DNA of 64,000 nt from Eledone cirrhosa (lineage: Eukaryota): assembly GCA_964016885.1 (NCBI GenBank), contig OZ024741.1, positions 287,122,001 to 287,186,000 of the forward strand. Direction: 5' to 3'. Positions 42,506-57,510 of this stretch are shown piece after piece; the stretch's first letter is position 1; the number at the start of each line of letters is the position of its first letter. The position numbers and the translations under genes were made by a program. The notes beneath the pieces are model-generated. The model was not told the origin of the DNA. It ran no database searches and worked only from the letters and a program-made list of their open reading frames with translations.

Positions 42506-42750
42506 ATTACTGTCAATAATAATCATGAATATACAACCACACCATTATCACAATGATGAGTAACATCATCCCAAACACCGCCGTCACCGCTGCAGCTGCT
42601 ACTCTTGTCTCCGTCGTCATGATTCATGATAAACTACGACGTAGAAATCAGACGAAAAGATACTTTTTTTGTTTAACAAAGAAGGCGTAACTGCCAGTAA
42701 GAATGACTCAAGCCACGCCTCCTAACATTGGTGAGTGTGTGTTTATGTGC

Positions 42751-42793
<43 letters not shown>

Positions 42794-42936
42794 CGTGTCA
42801 GCGCATCCGTGCGTGTGGGTGTGTATATGTGTATGTGTGTGTGCGTGTGTGCGTGTGTGCGTGTGTGTGTACGTATGTGCGTGTGTGTGTGTGTGTGTGC
42901 ATGTGTGCGTGCGTGTCAGCGCATCCGTGCGTATAT

Positions 42937-42974
<38 letters not shown>

Positions 42975-43354
42975 GTGTGTGTGTGGCAATGACAGAAAGA
43001 TGTAGTAGTGTGTCTGTGTTCATTACACGATCGTCTGTGCTGTTGATCAAACAACTGTAACACTAATCGTTCAAACCATCGATAGTGTGTAGCAATGAGA
43101 GAATGGAGAGGAATTGTATTGTATTGTATGACAAATTAGCTACCAACACATTGATAACAGAGGTGTGAATAAAAGCACATGGTATGGTAGGTTCCCGTAA
43201 CTCCTGATGGAATCGTAGGGGCGCCATATTAACACAATGTTTCTTGGACATTTTAAAGCCTGTCGGAGCCCATCACCTCTCCAGGCCTGAGTACAGTAGA
43301 TTTCTTTCAGAGAACGAGAGAGATTGAGAAAGAGATATAGAGGAAGAAATGACT

Positions 43355-43505
43355 CCAGTATTAGGCTGGTACTTTTCTTATCGACCTTGAATGGGTGAAA
43401 GGCAAAGTAGACCTCGGCCAGATTTGAGCTCAGAGAGAAGAGAGCCGAAAAGAATACCACAAAACATTCTCTCTAACGTTCTAACGACTGTGCCATTTCG
43501 CCACC
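43355..43505 (-). mobile_element. SINE copy
   Basis: Same core as 31056-31161. Confidence 0.65.
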
Positions 43506-43734
43506 TACCTGAAAGCATATACGATCCATACATAAGTCTCACTGTGAATAGTGTAAGCTGTGATTACGTCAGAGCTACCTCAGCAGCCACGTGAGAAAAC
43601 CACATGCTAACGATGATCGATAAAAATCGTGTAACTCTAGAGGCTGTCGTTCTCATACGGTTACAAAGATAGATGTGTCAGGATCACAGCTTAAAATGAG
43701 ATTAATATATATTTATTCCAAATAAATATATCGG

Positions 43735-43945
43735 TGAATTGCCAGTATCATTAGAGCATTAGCAACATGATTTCCTGCATAGAGTTACGGCTCTTTACGT
43801 TCTGAGTTCAAATCCCACCAAGGTTAGCTTCACCTTTCATCCTTACAGGGTAGATAGAATAAAGTACCAGTAATGTACTGGGTTTAATTTAATCGACTTT
43901 CCTCTTCCCTTCAAATTACTGACCTTGTAGCAAAAGTAGAAATAA
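43735..43945 (+). mobile_element. SINE copy
   Basis: B-box gagttcaaatccc followed by the shared core. Confidence 0.75.
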
Positions 43946-44037
43946 CAATATATAAACATTGCATATGCTTTCTTATATACCTCTACCATATTACAAATAG
44001 CCGAAATTGACTGGAAGATGAACTGTGAGTAACTTAC

Positions 44038-44164
44038 CATAAGGTGCTTTTGTTTCAGGACCACTTCCTCGATGCTGTGCCTCATGGCAATCCAGATAAT
44101 GTTACGTAGTATGAATGTCAGGATCAAATTACAGTGAATGTTATTTCGCAGACAACGGAGATTC
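44038..44164 (-). CDS. Class B1 GPCR internal exon, ICL1-TM2-ECL1
   Basis: ttctctgcag|G-NLRCLRNNIHCNLILTFILRNIIWIAMRHSIEEVVLKQKHLM|gtaagt. 127 nt, ends in phase 0 and splices in frame to 26532. LRCxRNxIHxNL signature. Confidence 0.93.
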
Positions 44165-44799
44165 CTGCAGAGAAAGAATATATATATATATATGTGTGTG
44201 TGTGTGTATGCAAAAGGCAAACAGAAATAATAAAGCAAATGATATAGTATAATGAAGAAATATATTAGTTTCACGCTTGATGTATTTATTCTCTTATGTA
44301 AATCATAAATTTATTAAAATGCAAATTTCCCAGTTTGTATGATTTGTCATATATCTGGTAATCTTCGACACCAACAATTAAAATATATTCAACAGCGATT
44401 GACGTCATTATTGACGATACGAAGACACTAGTATTATATAAAAAGTGACGTGGTGGAAGTTGCAACATATATAGTTTAAGTTGACCACATGCAATGCATG
44501 TAATATTGTGTCGATCTAAATGGTCGATATTAAAATGCTGTTATGTCGGTATTTACATTTCAACAAGCAAGAACTTGTAATAGGCTATCGTTATGTCAAT
44601 CGATTTCTTTCACATAACTTTTCAAAATGGATTTTGTTATTAGAATTGATGAGAAAATATAAAAATGGAATGGAACAGAAAATCGATGATAGAATCACAG
44701 AAAAGCCTCATAACAATCGTAATCGAAATATTCTATTTTGCCATCATTGTTACTTGTCATTATCTTTAGCGTATCTTTCAAAATGCTTTCCAGTATTTT

Positions 44800-45870
44800 G
44801 TCGTGACTTTCTACCTTCTGAGTTCACACGGAGTGAAGCGGACCGCTGAGGCCCGAATACAAAATTCCTTGGGATGCGTGTGGAGACGCAAGACCCACTT
44901 CGCGCGAGGGAAAATATTTGGTATTGTTGTAGTGAAGTTTGCCACCGCGCAGGAGGTTAAATCCGAATCCCTAGCACCAATGAGGAGCAACTATTGTATG
45001 TTGGTGCCGACAGCTATAGCCATTCCTTGGTTATTATAAGCTGTCCTTGCTGACGTGGTGGGCAAATTTATCATTCTGGAGTTCTCCAGAATTAGAAAAA
45101 GAAAACTGGTCTGAAACAAGAATGGAGCTACTCATCCAAACGAACGAAGAGTACATCGATACCATCCCTGATGTAATAAGCCAAGTGATAGTACTCACCT
45201 TCCCGTGATCATCGAAGAGAGAAAGCCAAAACATCGCCTAAATGTTTTCTGCTCACAACAGACCTCGAAAGGGAAACGCCCCTCCCCCTGCCAACGCGAA
45301 ATACCCTACAGCGATCAACAACACAAGCAGCAACAACCACAATAACATCGTCAGCAACAGGAAAAACAGCAACGGCAGTAGGAAAAAAAATAGTACCAAT
45401 AACTACAACTAGGAAAACAACAACAGAAATGGCACCCCAAAACAACAGAACCATCATCAGCAATAAAGACAACAAAATCATCACCAAAACACGTGAAAGA
45501 CTTGCTCTCCTCAACTTGGCGCAGTCGAATATGGAATGAGGTGACGAGTAGGATTCGAAAACTGTCTTTCATAAAAAAAGAGAAAGAAATGTCTTTCTCA
45601 CCAACGCAATGAAAAAAGGGAACAGAAAAAGTTAAAGCCATGAGTCACACAACGCCAACACCAACAACATCCTCATAACTACCATCATCACCACCACCAA
45701 TTGAAAATTGTACAAAACTTACCCAAACCATATAAATATTAACAACGCCACGATTAAAGCAACGGTGGAGACACAGAAACCAAAATGGTAGATGATACTG
45801 ATCACGTTGAAATCTTCGTGGACTTCGTGCTGAAAGAAAATTTAGATATAATTTAGCATATGTTACATAA
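44800..45870 (+). mobile_element. Decayed L1/Tx1-like 5' region (ORF1 relic and start of endonuclease)
   Basis: At 45792, atg..MILITL(+1 nt)NLRGLRAERK resembles an APE N-terminal motif. Upstream sequence is A-rich and coding-like. Confidence 0.4.
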
Positions 45871-45889
45871 TATATCATATACACCCCCC

Positions 45890-45981
<92 letters not shown>

Positions 45982-46139
45982 CCCGGATTCAATCGGGGGT
46001 AACACAGTAAGGTACTCAATACATAACAGAGTATAAATATTTAATATAGAAATTGCTTCTACAGGACTACATTTCCTAATGATTTCTTCAACTGAAATAG
46101 TTCTCGTCCTGTAGAAGCCATTTCTCTCTCTCTCTCTCT

Positions 46140-46375
<236 letters not shown>

Positions 46376-46940
46376 CGAGCAGTTCGGCTCCTTTCTTTCG
46401 TTTGTCCAGTCTTTCCATTCTTTTCGGAGTTCCCTTTTTAAGACCTTATACATCGGACAAACAGAACTTGATTTTCCGCTTTGGATCCAGTTTCCAAAAT
46501 TAAATCACTCATCTCCCCCTACATTTTTTAAAACCTGTATTTACTCTTGCACGCATCTGTTCACACGTGCTTCTGTAAATTTAGCCACTGTCACTTGTAT
46601 ATCGTCACTGTCACACGCGCGCATACATCCACCCCTTGAGTTCACAGCTTTCTACAGACCAACACCAAACACGTACGCACCTCTACACGTATACTCATAG
46701 CTCTTTACGGACCAACAATAAACGCACACACATACACATACTCTCTTAAACGTATGCATATATATATATCTTCACAGCTTCGTATAGACAAACAACACCG
46801 CACACATATATACACACACAATTACATACTTATACACATACATACCCACCCTAAATACAAAATGCATTTTTCTTTTCAGCACGATATAGCCCTATAGTTT
46901 ATTTTCATAATTAATATATTAAATGAATTAAAAAGTTTTG

Positions 46941-46990
46941 TCAAATATTACCGGTTTCGATTGGTATGTCAATATTATTAAATATCAAAA
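46941..46990 (-). other. Decayed hammerhead (UUAAUAA core), same family as 27831-27882
   Basis: Shares caaatattaccggtttcgat with 27831. G5 is lost. Confidence 0.4.
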
Positions 46991-47922
46991 ATGTTTGTTC
47001 CCATATTCTGTTGGTAGTTAGAACATATGAGAACTCTCTTCAAAAATCTCTTCTTATATACATGTTTTTATAAAGGTGGGCTAGGGAAGGTAGAAGGGGG
47101 TTCAACAGATCTGAATTCATTTGATTCACTAGAAATTCTCTTGAGTTAAATAGAAAGTTTGTTTTCTATTCAGAATAAAGGTCGAGATAGCATTTTGTTG
47201 TTTTGTAAAGTGTGTGTGTGTGTTATGTATTTATCTGGGGCTCCATTGTGCCATGTGTTCAAGTTATTTTCATGGTTTGTAGAAATAGCTAAATATCGCT
47301 AAATGTGGATATACAGTTTTTCGTTTGTCATGCGAGTCGTGTACGAGGGTGGGCGGCGGAACTCTACTGTTTCACGATTTCAAATTTATTTTTAGGTTTT
47401 GCAGATAAAGAGAATAATAAAGGGATGTGGAGAAGTCAATAAAAATAAAATTATAGATATAAACGTGATTGAAGGGGGTCCTTTTTGTGGGGTGGGGCGT
47501 ACATTTTTCAAAGAAGATGTTTCTGAAAAATAGAAAGAAATGATTATTGTGGAAGTTTCTTTTGAGTTATGTTATTTTTTATTTTGTGGCGTGTGTATGG
47601 CTGTGTGGTTTCACATGTATCAGTTTGCTTACTGAAGTGTGGAATTGGGTTATTCTCATCTATAGATCATCAAGAAAGTACACACACACACACATACACA
47701 TATATATATATATATATATTTCGATTTCATCTTTTTCCTTTATACTTTCACTCGTGTAGGACACCGGTTATTTTTCATTTTGTAAAAAAAAATTCACTTT
47801 AATATATATATATATATATATATATAAGAAAGTATTGCATCAAGAAATTATGAATTTATTTGCTTTGACATGTTTCCGTGTCTATTATAAATTGTCTACA
47901 TATGCTGACTACAATATATATT

Positions 47923-48108
47923 TCTACTTTTTGGCACAAGGCCAGCAATTATCCCAGTGTCTCACTGGTGCTTTATTTTATAGACCCCGTAAGGATGAAA
48001 GGCAAAGTTAACCTCGGCGGGATTCGAACTCAGACCATAAAGGGCCGTAACTTTTTGCTGCAAAGCATGGCATCAGACCCCCTACCGTTACTGCCATTCC
48101 ACCGCCCT
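47923..48108 (-). mobile_element. Full-length SINE with 18-bp target-site duplication
   Basis: ctgactacaatatatatt at 47905-22 and 48109-26. B-box gagttcgaatccc on the minus strand. Confidence 0.9.
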
Positions 48109-48499
48109 CTGACTACAATATATATTGTTCAATCATATGCCATACTTAATTATTTATTACACGTCATTAGAAACCCTATAGTAGTGGAATTCAACTGTTT
48201 CAAGAGTTTCACACTATTAATCCGTGTACTTTGATGTGGAACAATTATTCTTTGACCATGGTTATAGGTGAAGGTTTTGACGTTTACCATATATAGGGGT
48301 AGAGAAGGTATAAGAAGATGGACAGAGAAAGATAAGGTAGAGATTAAGAGTAGGCTAGAGGGGGTAAGGAGGAAAGGAATTAAGAAAATGGGATTGTTTT
48401 GAATATAACTCAATCCATTGGGTGTGAAAAGTTCAAATGTCACAGAAACTGTACCAGATAGGATATAGTAAAACCTAGGCATTAGGGATCGAATCTTGT

Positions 48500-50357
<1,858 letters not shown>

Positions 50358-50950
50358 GGGGGCAAAATTAAAAGATTTATGACATTCTATTTGTCTTCCA
50401 AGTGGTTCAAAAGGAAGGAATTCAAAAGAGATATTGCGAAAGTCTTGCTCAAGCTCCATTATTAATATACAGAGATATATATTTTAGAATCTAAGCATTG
50501 ATTCGACGAATTTACCTTTACTCCTTAATTCCACTTACTCTTGTATTTTCTTAGACTTCATAAACATATAGAAAAATATAGGAAAACAAGCACTTTCATG
50601 AAAGCTGTTCAAATATTTGGATAATTCCAGGATATCTGGGAAATAACGTACTTCAAATAGCACCCACATCATTATAGTTAACTAGGTGTGAGATTTCGTG
50701 AAGTAGAGTAGAAGCTATAGAGTGAATGAAGAATATGCATCGAGTAATAAATATATATTCGAAAAAAGGAAAAGAATGACATCACTTGTATTTTAAAAAA
50801 CCTTTCCAGCGAAGTTAACAAAAGGACTTATTCGATCTACATAGCAAAATTATAAAATTATAAAATTGTAAAATAATAAAATAAAATTGTTATAGAATAC
50901 CAACTACAAGTGAAGTCACTCTTTTCCTTTTTTCGAATATACCTAACTTC

Positions 50951-51074
50951 ATCGGTCGGCGGTGATGCATATAAAATGAACCGCTCAACGACATGTATAA
51001 AGTAAAAGTCGAATTATTATAGAATACTATTATTATTAAATACTGCGAGGGGCATAGGCAGTTGTGTGTGTGTG

Positions 51075-51130
<56 letters not shown>

Positions 51131-51233
51131 AACGAGTAGGACCCCACTCCTTCCTATTACCCACTCTACTACCCTAAGTATTGAGTACTTTGGTGCGTTA
51201 TGGTCCATCTGGTTCCTTACCACATTTCCTTCG

Positions 51234-51284
<51 letters not shown>

Positions 51285-52692
51285 AACAAATATGACCACG
51301 ACGGCAGAGCTCACGCCGTTTCGACGGCTATTTCTGGACTAAATAAGAATTTTTAGCCTGGTAAATAAATAGCCGAACTTCTCAGGGGGTATTTCCTTAT
51401 TTGGGAAGATAGTAATTGTCGAGAGGATTGGTCAAAAGTTTGTTGTAAAGACAGATGAATGTATCATGGCATTTGGTTGGAGGTAGGGGTGGCTGAATTT
51501 GCCGGTAGAACAAAGAGGGAGTGGGGGAAACCCAGTCAAGCGTTGAAAGTGAAATCTATACAGCAGATTCTAAGAAGAGTGTATAAAAGGTCGAAAAAAG
51601 TGTACTGGAGAAGAGGAGGGGGGGGGGGGGTAAAAAATAGGTAAATCGAAAAGGAGTTAAAAAAACATTATAAAAATAAGGAAATAAATATATAAAAAAA
51701 CAATTTCTGGTTACTAAGCCATTTCCACAATCACCAAATTTCTCATTGGTATTACTCGGCTATAGAAAAGTTTAATAGGTGGAGAATGGGAACAATACTA
51801 AATACGAGATAGCAGTGAAAGAAATTTATAAAGCCGGCTTTACAGGGGGTCTAACACCCCTGCTATATATATTTAGTACTCAGCCAATGCTATCTTACAA
51901 TGACAGGTTAATAAGTTGAGAACAAAAATACTAAAATACTACTACAAAAATACTAATACAAAATATTAATACAAAAATACTAATACAAAAATACTAATAC
52001 AAAAATTTTAATACAAAAATACTAATACAAAAATACCACTAGGAAATTTAGAAACCACAGAAATGGAGCAGCAACCAGAAAGAAAAAAATTTACTGGGGT
52101 CTAACACATCTGCTATAAAAAGCGTAATCGGCCAATTCTATCTTAAAATTAGGAGGGAAGGGTACTGAGGCTACAGAGGACCGATGGACTGCATCGGGGT
52201 AGGCGAAAGGGGAAAAAAAGACGAGGAAGAAGATCTGGGGTGGAAGGACTAGGAAGAGATAGGGGGAAGGAGGAAACATAGAGGAAAAGATTAAAAAAAG
52301 TTACGTCTACCTTTGTAAGCAGGGGTTATCTCTTACAAAATCGGCAAGTGGGGGGTATCAGCCCTTGTCTACACCCCCACCCCCTGATCATTATGGGGTT
52401 TGAGGGCGAGGCAAGTCCTACGCAATCTGTGTTTGCATGCGGTTACTAGTTCGTCTTTCTTGTTTAGGAGTTGGTCCTTCGAAAACACCATTTGTAATGT
52501 TTCCTCCGAGCATAAGTTACACGGACGGCGTCCTCCCGTGTAAGAGTTAGCTCTGGACAGTAAGCTCCAAGTGAGATTGTAGGTTATATTATTATCTTTG
52601 AGGTTCCAGATGTGGCCTGAAAGTGTAGTGGCATGTCACCGGGCTGGGTTTCGGAAAGTATATCGGTGTTAGTAGAGCCGGGTCTTGAAGTC

Positions 52693-52736
<44 letters not shown>

Positions 52737-52748
52737 ACTGCCTATGCA

Positions 52749-52825
<77 letters not shown>

Positions 52826-52929
52826 ACTGCCTATGCCCCTCGCAGTATTTAATATTCTATAATAATTCGACTTTTACTATTTATACATGTCGTTGAGCGG
52901 TTCATTTTATATGCATCACCGCCGATCGG
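50951..52929. repeat. ~105-bp inverted repeat pair (50951-51066 / 52822-52929)
   Basis: cggcggtgatgcatataaaatgaaccgctcaacgacatgtataaa.. and its reverse complement. A short third piece lies at ~52733-52747. Confidence 0.75.
52405..52600 (-). mobile_element. PLE family A-related C-terminal relic
   Basis: YNLTWSLLSRANSY..PCNLCSEE, then (frameshift) LLNKKDELVTACKHRL. Confidence 0.65.
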
Positions 52930-52967
52930 CTAGAGTGTCGATTGCACATCCAGGGGCGAATTTTGCC

Positions 52968-53069
<102 letters not shown>

Positions 53070-53168
53070 AAGAAAGTACCCAAATGTGGAGTTTGGTCAG
53101 GGCATCTAAAATACATTTACTTCATCAATGATTAGGTGTCGTTCCATGTTTCTAATCGTGAATATCCA

Positions 53169-53240
<72 letters not shown>

Positions 53241-53241
<1 letters not shown>

Positions 53242-54088
53242 AAGTGCGACGACGTGCTCGGAGAGACGCTGGGCTTCGAAGACGTCGAGCTGACCAGTCT
53301 GTTCGGTAGGACTTTCCGCCCGGGATCTATGGACAACTTCCACAGGTCCCTGGCCTGGCAGTGCTACCGAGGAGCTCTGCCAGTAAGCGATAATATCTAC
53401 AGGCACGGGTGCCCCGGCAGGGATCCTTCAAAGGGGACGTGTCCAAGATGCGAGCGGGACATTGAAACCGTCCTGCACGCAATTGTACACTGCCCGGGCG
53501 TAACCGACCTGTGGAACTACGCAGAATAACTGCTGTCGCGTGTGGGATAAATCCAGTTGACTGCCGAGTCCATATTAAGGATCAAACCACCACCTTCATT
53601 TAAAAACGAAAGAGAGGCGGTTTTCCTCTGTATAGTGGCTATGGTGAATAAGGTTATATGGTGGACCAGGTTGAGAGGACTGAGGACAGATGCCTTTGTC
53701 TCTGGACAACAACTCATTCCCTTCTTTAGATACCACTTAAAAGGAGAATCAGAGTGGAGAAAGAGGTACTGCATCCCAGGTACCTACTGAAAGTGGATGA
53801 ATGTAGCAAAAATGGCCCGAGTGATTGGGCCTTCTCTGTATATAAACCTGTAGGTTGAAGAAGAGAGCAAAGGGAAGAAAGGAGCACTTGCACAACATGC
53901 TCCTGGAGTTGAGGGTTGTTCTATCTACGGGGTATAAAACAACCCATGTATAACGCCTCCCTCCTATTGGGGATTTCAATTGTTGAATTTGTATGGTAAC
54001 CATTTTTACACGATTGAATATAAAATCCCTGCCATGTCTTTGTATTGTCCCCTTTTCTTGTGCACCCTTGTGGCAAATAAATAAAGAA
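53241..54088 (+). mobile_element. Tx1/L1-like element copy 1 (3' fragment) between (TATC)n tracts
   Basis: CPRC..ETVLHAIVHC zinc knuckle. Ends gtggcaaataaataaagaa then (atct)n. Confidence 0.9.
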
Positions 54089-54166
<78 letters not shown>

Positions 54167-54179
54167 TTAGCTATCTATC

Positions 54180-54210
<31 letters not shown>

Positions 54211-54229
54211 CTATTTATCTATCTATCTA

Positions 54230-57200
54230 GGGGCCTGTCCCGATAGAGAGGGGTGTAATAGCCTCAAAGGGTTAATCGGTCGATTTGACCTGGCCGATAG
54301 ATATCGACTAGATTTTCCGACTGCGCCAACCTGGACTTGGGCAAATCGTAGCGGAACATCTAGGTCGTACCTAGATAGGTTCTTAGTTAGAATTAAGGAT
54401 AAGGACTTTTTAAGTTGTCCAAAAATGCGCATGGTTGGCTATTCAGACCACAAATTAGTGACCTGCATGGTCAACCTTGACAGAACTCATAGACAGGGAC
54501 CCGGTTACTGGAAGCTCAACTTGTCCTTACCGGCAAGTAAGGCTTACAGGAACCGGATTAGCACTTTAGTTAAGGAGCGGTTGACGGGCGCCATCGTCAA
54601 CAGCAGGTGGTGGGGATCTCTCAAAAGAGAGATTAGAGTAGTCTCTATAGAATTTAGTAAGGAGTTAGCCTCCAATAGAAATAGGAAGGAAAGGGAGTTG
54701 GTAGATAGTGTAGAAGAGGCAATTAGAAGCGGCGACGTGGCCAGAGTGCTAGCGTCGAGAACGGCCCTGGGCCAGTTCTTCGACGCGAAACACGAAGGCT
54801 GCATCGTCCGAAGCAAAATACGTGCTCTGGGAAACGAGGGGACCAAAGCTGTTAGCTGTGCCCGCGTGACAGAAGCCAAAAGAGGGAGCAGATCCACTAT
54901 CCGGTCTTTGCGAGACCAGGATGGACGGGTGATCCTTGAACCTAAGCAGATGTGCGAGGCTTTTCAAAAGCACTTTGCCGAATTGTTCGGAAGGGGCGGG
55001 GGGCCGGTTGGGGACGTGGACTTCGGTCCATACCTCGACGGCCTGCCGCGTCTCTCGGACAGGGAGGCGAAGTCCTGCGAGGAGCCGATTTCAGCCGCTG
55101 AGATAGAGGACGTGCTGAGCCAATGCGGCAAACGCAAATCCCCGGGTCTCGATGGTCTTCCATACGAACTATATCTAGCTATGCCGGACTTGTTCCCCGA
55201 ACTCCTCGAGGCGGTCTACTGCAACTGGCGACAGAACGGGAGAATTCCCTGTGCTGTGACCAAGGGCGTAGTCACGCTAGTGAGGAAGGACGAGAACAAG
55301 GGGGACGATATACATAATTTCAGGCCCATAACTCTGCTAAATACAGAGTTACAGATTTTGGCCAAGGTGCTAGCAAAGAGGTTGGCGCTTGTCGTGGGCA
55401 ACCTGGTGGGAGATGCGCAGACATGTGCTATCCCGTCCAGGTCCATCCACGATAACCTCCACCTCATGCGATACATCATAGAGAGGGTTGGGAACGAACC
55501 CGGCTTTGGTGGGGCCCTGATCAACTTGGATCAATCTAAGGCATTCGATAGGGTCGACCATGGTTACCTGGATGCGGTGCTAGCGGCGGCAGTCTTCGGA
55601 CCCGTTTTCAGGGGCTGGATCAATGCCATGCACAGCAGCCGCATCTGCTCTAGGGTCAAGGTGAACGGCTACCTCTCGGAGCCGTTCGAAATCGCGCGGT
55701 CCATCCGACAGGGGTGCCCTCTCTCCTCCCTTCTGTATGTAGTGACTCTAGAGCCACTGCTGCGGAAGTTGGAGTTGTTGCAGGGCATCCCGTTGGAACC
55801 GGGATTGCGGAAAGCGGTGTCAGCCTACGCCGATGACGTAACAGTAATGGTGTCGACGGCCTCGGAAATCGGGGCGATCGGCACCTTACTGGAGGAGTAC
55901 GAAAGGTTTACAGGGGCTAAGCTGAACCGGGACAAGTCGATCGGTCTGCAACTCGGCACGTGGAGGGGCAGATCGATGCCCTCCGATGGCGTCGTCGGGC
56001 GCTGGACGGAGGTCCCGGTGAAATTGCTCGGGGTCTGGTTCGGACCAGACCTCCAGGTGGAGAAGAACTGGGGTGAGGTGACGAGCAGGGTGTTTGCACT
56101 GACCCAGAAGTGGGCCGAGTGCAAACTGTCCCTGAAAGGTCGGGCGGAGGTGGAGAACACTTATATAGCGTCCGTCATCTACTACCGCCTGACCGTGGTG
56201 CCTTGCCCAAGGGAAACGCTCGCCAAAATGGAGCGCGCACTCTTCCAATTCCTTTGGAAGAAGCGGGCTCCTATGGTGAGGAGATCCATCTGCTGTCAAC
56301 ACCCTTCGAAAGGAGAGCTGGGGATGCCGTGGCTGATGATACGTAAACACGCATTAAGGCTACGGCACCTTCAGGTATTCCTCTCCGGTCAACCGGTGTG
56401 GGCCCCGTTTGTGAGGCGAGCCTTTCCCAGACTCGTCTCACTCACCGAGCTGCAATCCTGGGTCAAGCAAAGACCGAGAAAACTGGGCGCCTGGCACACC
56501 GAGTGTGCCCAGGCGCTCACGGCTCTCTGGCAGGCGGACCCGGCTGTCAGTGGAGAATCCACCTCGTCATTCTATAGAGGGCTGGTGGTTAGCAGGTGCG
56601 ACGACGCCCTCGGAGAAGCCCTAGGCATGGAGGAAGACGAACTGGCCAACCTGTTCGGTAGGACATTCAGTCCGGGACCCATGGATAACTTCCAGAGGTC
56701 CCTGGCCTGGCAATGCTACAGAAGGGCTCTGCTCGTTCGAGAAAGGCTCTACAGACACGGGCGCCCGGGTAGGGACCCATCGAAAAAGGTCTGTCCCAGA
56801 TGCGTGTGCGACGAGGAAACCGTTGCACACGCATTGGTACACTGCTCGGGCATTGCCGATCTGTGGGGCTATGTCGAACAACTGCTGTCAAGGGTGGGAC
56901 CGATCCGGTTGACCACCGAGTCTATTGTAACGATCAAGCCGCCTCCCCTCTTCAAAAACGAAGGAGAGGCGGTGTTTCTGTGCGTAATAGCCATGGCGAA
57001 AGAGGTTGTATGGTGGACGCGTCTGAAAGGACTGAGGTCAGACACCTTTCTCTCTGGCCAACAACTGGTCCGTTTCTTCCGATATCATTTCGGAAGAAGG
57101 ATCAGGATGGAGAGAGAGGTGCTGCACCCCAGCCGTTTCTATGAAAGATGGGTGAAAGTGGCGAGAATGGCCCGTGTGAATGGGCCTTCACTCTACATCA

Positions 57201-57472
57201 GACTATAGGTGAGGAAGATGAAAGACCAAGGGAGCACCCCTTCTCTGTGCTCCTGAGGAGAAGGGTTGCACACTTTTTTCGGGGGTGTGTGCGACCCCCC
57301 AAGGCGCCTCCTCTCTATTGAGGACTTTGTTATAAATTTTATTTATTGTTATATTTTATTTTATTTTTATATATTGTTATTGCCTCCTCCTTATTGAGGA
57401 CGGCTTGTTTTGTAAACTCCCCCCATTGTACTTGTCCCACTTTTGATGCCCTGGTGGCAAATAAAAGAAACA
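54230..57472 (+). mobile_element. Tx1/L1-like element copy 2, open ORF2 from mid-endonuclease to stop at 57208
   Basis: SYLDRF, YSDH, GPGYWKLN, SPGLDGLP, FRPITLLN, LDQSKAFDRVDH, RQGCPLS, AYADDV, CPRC..ETVAHALVHC. Confidence 0.95.
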
Positions 57473-57510
57473 TATCTATCTATCTATCTATCTCTCTATC
57501 TATCTATTTA

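Noticed and set aside
50754-50960. 37-bp inverted repeat with an adjacent minus-strand CCGAUGA..GAAA
   Set aside because: The inverted repeat pairs straight through the would-be core. Treated as a simple hairpin of unknown origin.
53993-54229. N-terminus of the 1071-aa ORF (and likewise 57346-57510)
   Set aside because: Read-through of the previous copy's 3' UTR and the (TATC)n tract.
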